A DNA stretch of 33,615 nucleotides from Candidatus Poribacteria bacterium (GTDB lineage Bacteria > Poribacteria > WGA-4E > UBA9662): the NCBI GenBank assembly GCA_046582655.1, contig JAYGDX010000298.1, forward strand, positions 1-33,615, written 5' to 3'. Below, piece by piece: positions 31,769 to 33,615 of the stretch. The position numbers and the translations under genes were made by a program. Every line of letters begins with the position of its first letter. Position 1 is the stretch's first letter. The notes under the pieces are model-generated. The model did not search any database. It was not told where the DNA came from and was given only the letters and a program-made list of their open reading frames with translations.

Positions 31769-31980
31769 ACGCAAATTTTTCCACTCACACGAAACCTCCG
31801 ACTAGCTGATCCAGCCGACAGACATTGAAAACGAGTTTGACAATTTCGATCTACCTTTCCCAACAACAGGCTTAAACTGCATCCAACTCTCATCATCATG
31901 AAGTCTGCCAACCTATTATTTGCTCGTAGATTTTAGTTAAACTTTCAGTCAGCAAAAAGCAAATTCTGTCTTGTTGAACT

Positions 31981-32009
31981 TTGACACCAGCCTTGCTACA
32001 TGCTATGAT
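31981..32009 (+). promoter_or_regulatory. Near-consensus sigma70 promoter with extended -10
   Basis: TTGACA (31981-31986)-N17-TATGAT (32004-32009), with TG at 32001-32002. The ATG lies 8 nt downstream. Confidence 0.75.
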
Positions 32010-32017
32010 TTTTTCCC

Positions 32018-33615
32018 ATGCAACAACCATCTCGAGCAACACAATTCCCCTACTCAGTTCGTGCAATTTCCATCGGCACAATCTACTCGTGCATTATCGG
32101 TGTTGGTACAACTTACAACTTGATGGTCATCCATGGATCTTACATGGCAATTGACTTCAGCGCGGCCGCTGCAGTCTTTCTATTCTTTATTCTCACCATT
32201 GTCAATAACCTGACATTCTTGGCAGCACCGACAGCGACACTTAACTCCAGCGAATTGAAAACAATCTATGTCATGATGATCGTCTCATGCTCTATTCCAA
32301 CGATGGGGCTGAGTGCTCAATTGCTACCGATTCTAACTGCCCCTTTTTACTTTGCCACACCGGAAAATGGATGGAGTGAGATGATTCAGCCCTATCTCAA
32401 ACCCTGGTTGATTCCGGACAATCGACTAGGCACCAAGTACTTTTACGAAGGATTACCAAGTTGGGAAAGTCGGATCCCTTGGCATATCTGGATTAAACCG
32501 CTTTTGGCATGGGCAGTACTGGTTATTGCCCTCTGTCTGATAATGATTTGTATGATGGTCGCCATTCGTCGACAATGGATAGAACACGAAAGACTTACGT
32601 ATCCTTTGGCACAGCTACCACTTGAAATGACGGCTAAAGCAGACAAATTCATTCTTAACCGGTTTTTCAGGAGCAAAATGATGTGGCTTGGTTTTGGACT
32701 AGTGTTCGGATTAAGCAGCCTAAAAGGGTTACATTTCTATAATCCAGCTGTACCAATGTTCGAAACGGTACAAAGCATTCTCATCTTTAAACGAAAACAA
32801 AACCTTGTATTTCGCCTCAGTTTCCCAATGCTGGGTTTTTTCTACATGGTTAATCTGGATGTCGCGTTCAGCATGTGGTTCTTCAGCCTGTTTAGCCTGC
32901 TGGTTCGTGGGTTCTTAACCGTCTTTAACATTCATGTAACAGAAAACCTTGGTATTTACGGATCTCCATCACCTATTTTTGCCCACTTAGGAATGGGCGC
33001 AATCGGCGTCCTCGTTGCGCTCAGTATTTGGACGGGACGAACACATCTTGGAGAGGTCTGTCAGAAAGCAATTTACGGATCACCAGAAATCGATGATGGC
33101 AATGAGATTTTGTCGTATCACGCAGCTATCTTTGGCATATTGATTGGTTTAATTATTATGGGAGGTTGGCTGACATTATCTGGAATTCCGGTAGCAATGA
33201 CAATCATCTTCCTAACGGCAACGTTCGTCATTTTTATCGGATTAACCCGAATTGTTGCCGAAGCAGGTATGGCTGAAGCCGTTGCATCAACCATTGGATC
33301 AAGCTTTACGATTTCCAGCTTTGGCGCTCGGTCACTAGGTGTAGAAGGGCTGACAGCTATGGCCCAGACATATGTCTGGTCGGCGGACATACGAACATTT
33401 GTCATGGCTTCGGCTGCAAATGGATTAAAAATTATGGACAAAACATGTCGACATTCACGCCCGCTGTTCTGGGTAATGATGCTGGCGGTGATTACGACCA
33501 TGATATCATCAATCTGAATGCTGTTAAACCTATCATATAGGCACGGTGGAATAAACGGTAACTCCTGGTTCTTCAGCGGCGGTGCTAAAGCACCATACAA
33601 CTATATTATCTCGTT
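32018..33615 (+). CDS. DUF6785/DUF6784-like (OPT-like) multi-pass membrane protein, interrupted by in-frame TGA at 33515-33517 and running off the window
   Basis: EL..IYVM, YFATPENGW, IPWHIWIKPL..W, IRRQWIEHERLTYPLAQLP, TRIVAEAG. After TGA the same frame stays open: MLLNLSYRHGGINGNSWFF. Confidence 0.7.

Noticed and set aside
33515..33517. Genome-wide TGA=Trp recoding
   Set aside because: TGA ends several complete genes here (for example at 3442, 6052 and 28875), and Trp is encoded by TGG elsewhere.

Overview
Bacterial DNA, AT-rich by eye, probably Candidatus Poribacteria. This taxon call is an inference from secreted LamG/beta-sandwich proteins ending in a V-D-x3-K-L-x-T-x-W-x2-[VL]-K tail and from a DUF6785-like membrane protein. 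The left 15.8 kb is an accessory, decaying region. It holds an IS5-family end, a TPR-glycosyltransferase, a 2-hydroxyacid dehydrogenase, an intact PL2-type pectate lyase facing a DUF5695-like glycosidase pseudogene with about 10 frameshifts, and two secreted proteins sharing a C-terminal motif. It also holds fused gene fragments (FGE-sulfatase/OM beta-barrel), a cytochrome c peroxidase remnant missing from the ORF track, a degraded IS1031-group element, a 122-bp MITE, a repeated 27-bp palindrome and a possible hybrid attC-like site. The right 17.8 kb is mostly housekeeping: a minus-strand run of lipoprotein, GH88, glcF, MFS and bioD; DUF58, BatA/VWA, tandem MBL and addB-like genes; phoH-ybeY-corC; and a DUF6785-like gene with a near-consensus promoter (probably leaderless) and an in-frame TGA. 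I saw no CRISPR array, rRNA, tRNA, reverse transcriptase, integrase or recognisable defence system. The best candidate for an under-described system is the shared C-terminal sorting-like motif. All family calls come from motifs recognised by eye, not from database searches.
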